Source of the DNA: Parcubacteria group bacterium
GTDB lineage: Bacteria; Patescibacteriota; Minisyncoccia; Phycocordibacterales; Zambryskibacteraceae
Direction of reading: 5' to 3'
DNA length: 35,215 bases
Assembly: GCA_028286805.1 (NCBI GenBank)
Contig: JAQBQW010000025.1
Coordinates: forward strand, 1-35,215
Shown here: positions 35,214-35,215 of the stretch, in pieces
Layout: each line of letters starts with the position of its first letter
Numbering within the stretch: position 1 is the first letter of the stretch
Position numbers and translations under genes: made by a program
Notes under the pieces: generated by a model
Seen by the model: only the letters and a program-made list of their open reading frames with translations
Told to the model about the DNA's origin: nothing
Database searches by the model: none

Positions 35214-35215
35214 AT

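Noticed and set aside
1..35215. CRISPR array, tRNA/rRNA genes, transposases, alternative genetic code
   Set aside because: No regularly spaced repeats, no tRNA cloverleaf other than the tmRNA ends, no transposase motifs; TGA terminates adk in an ATGA overlap with map, arguing against code 25

Overview
Bacterial chromosomal segment, most likely Patescibacteria/CPR (Parcubacteria-like). This is inferred from the absence of uL30 between rpsE and rplO, the SD-less core genes and several CPR-type hypothetical proteins. TGA is used as a stop, so the code is standard code 11. The window holds a partial FN3 surface protein, ftsH divergent from smpB-ssrA (tmRNA), a PLD/cardiolipin synthase, infC-rpmI-rplT, a beta-CASP nuclease, ndk-map-adk-secY, and the tuf-S10-spc ribosomal protein cluster. 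That cluster is broken between rplB and rpsS (about 6.9 kb, including rplJ-rplL with an L10 leader) and between rplE and rpsN. Most interesting observations: (1) a candidate ~120-155 nt structured ncRNA downstream of ndk with its own promoter and terminator, whose unpaired bulge is complementary to the 3'UTR of a membrane-protein gene 14 kb away; (2) nine orphan genes built as self-contained promoter + leader + ORF (+ usually terminator) units sharing one promoter geometry, one of them bounded by a 12-bp direct repeat, against a background of leaderless or SD-less core genes; (3) a 2H-phosphoesterase/DHH(MYG1)-like fusion protein; (4) a divergent tmRNA with an atypical tag. All family calls are by eye from motifs; no database search was run.
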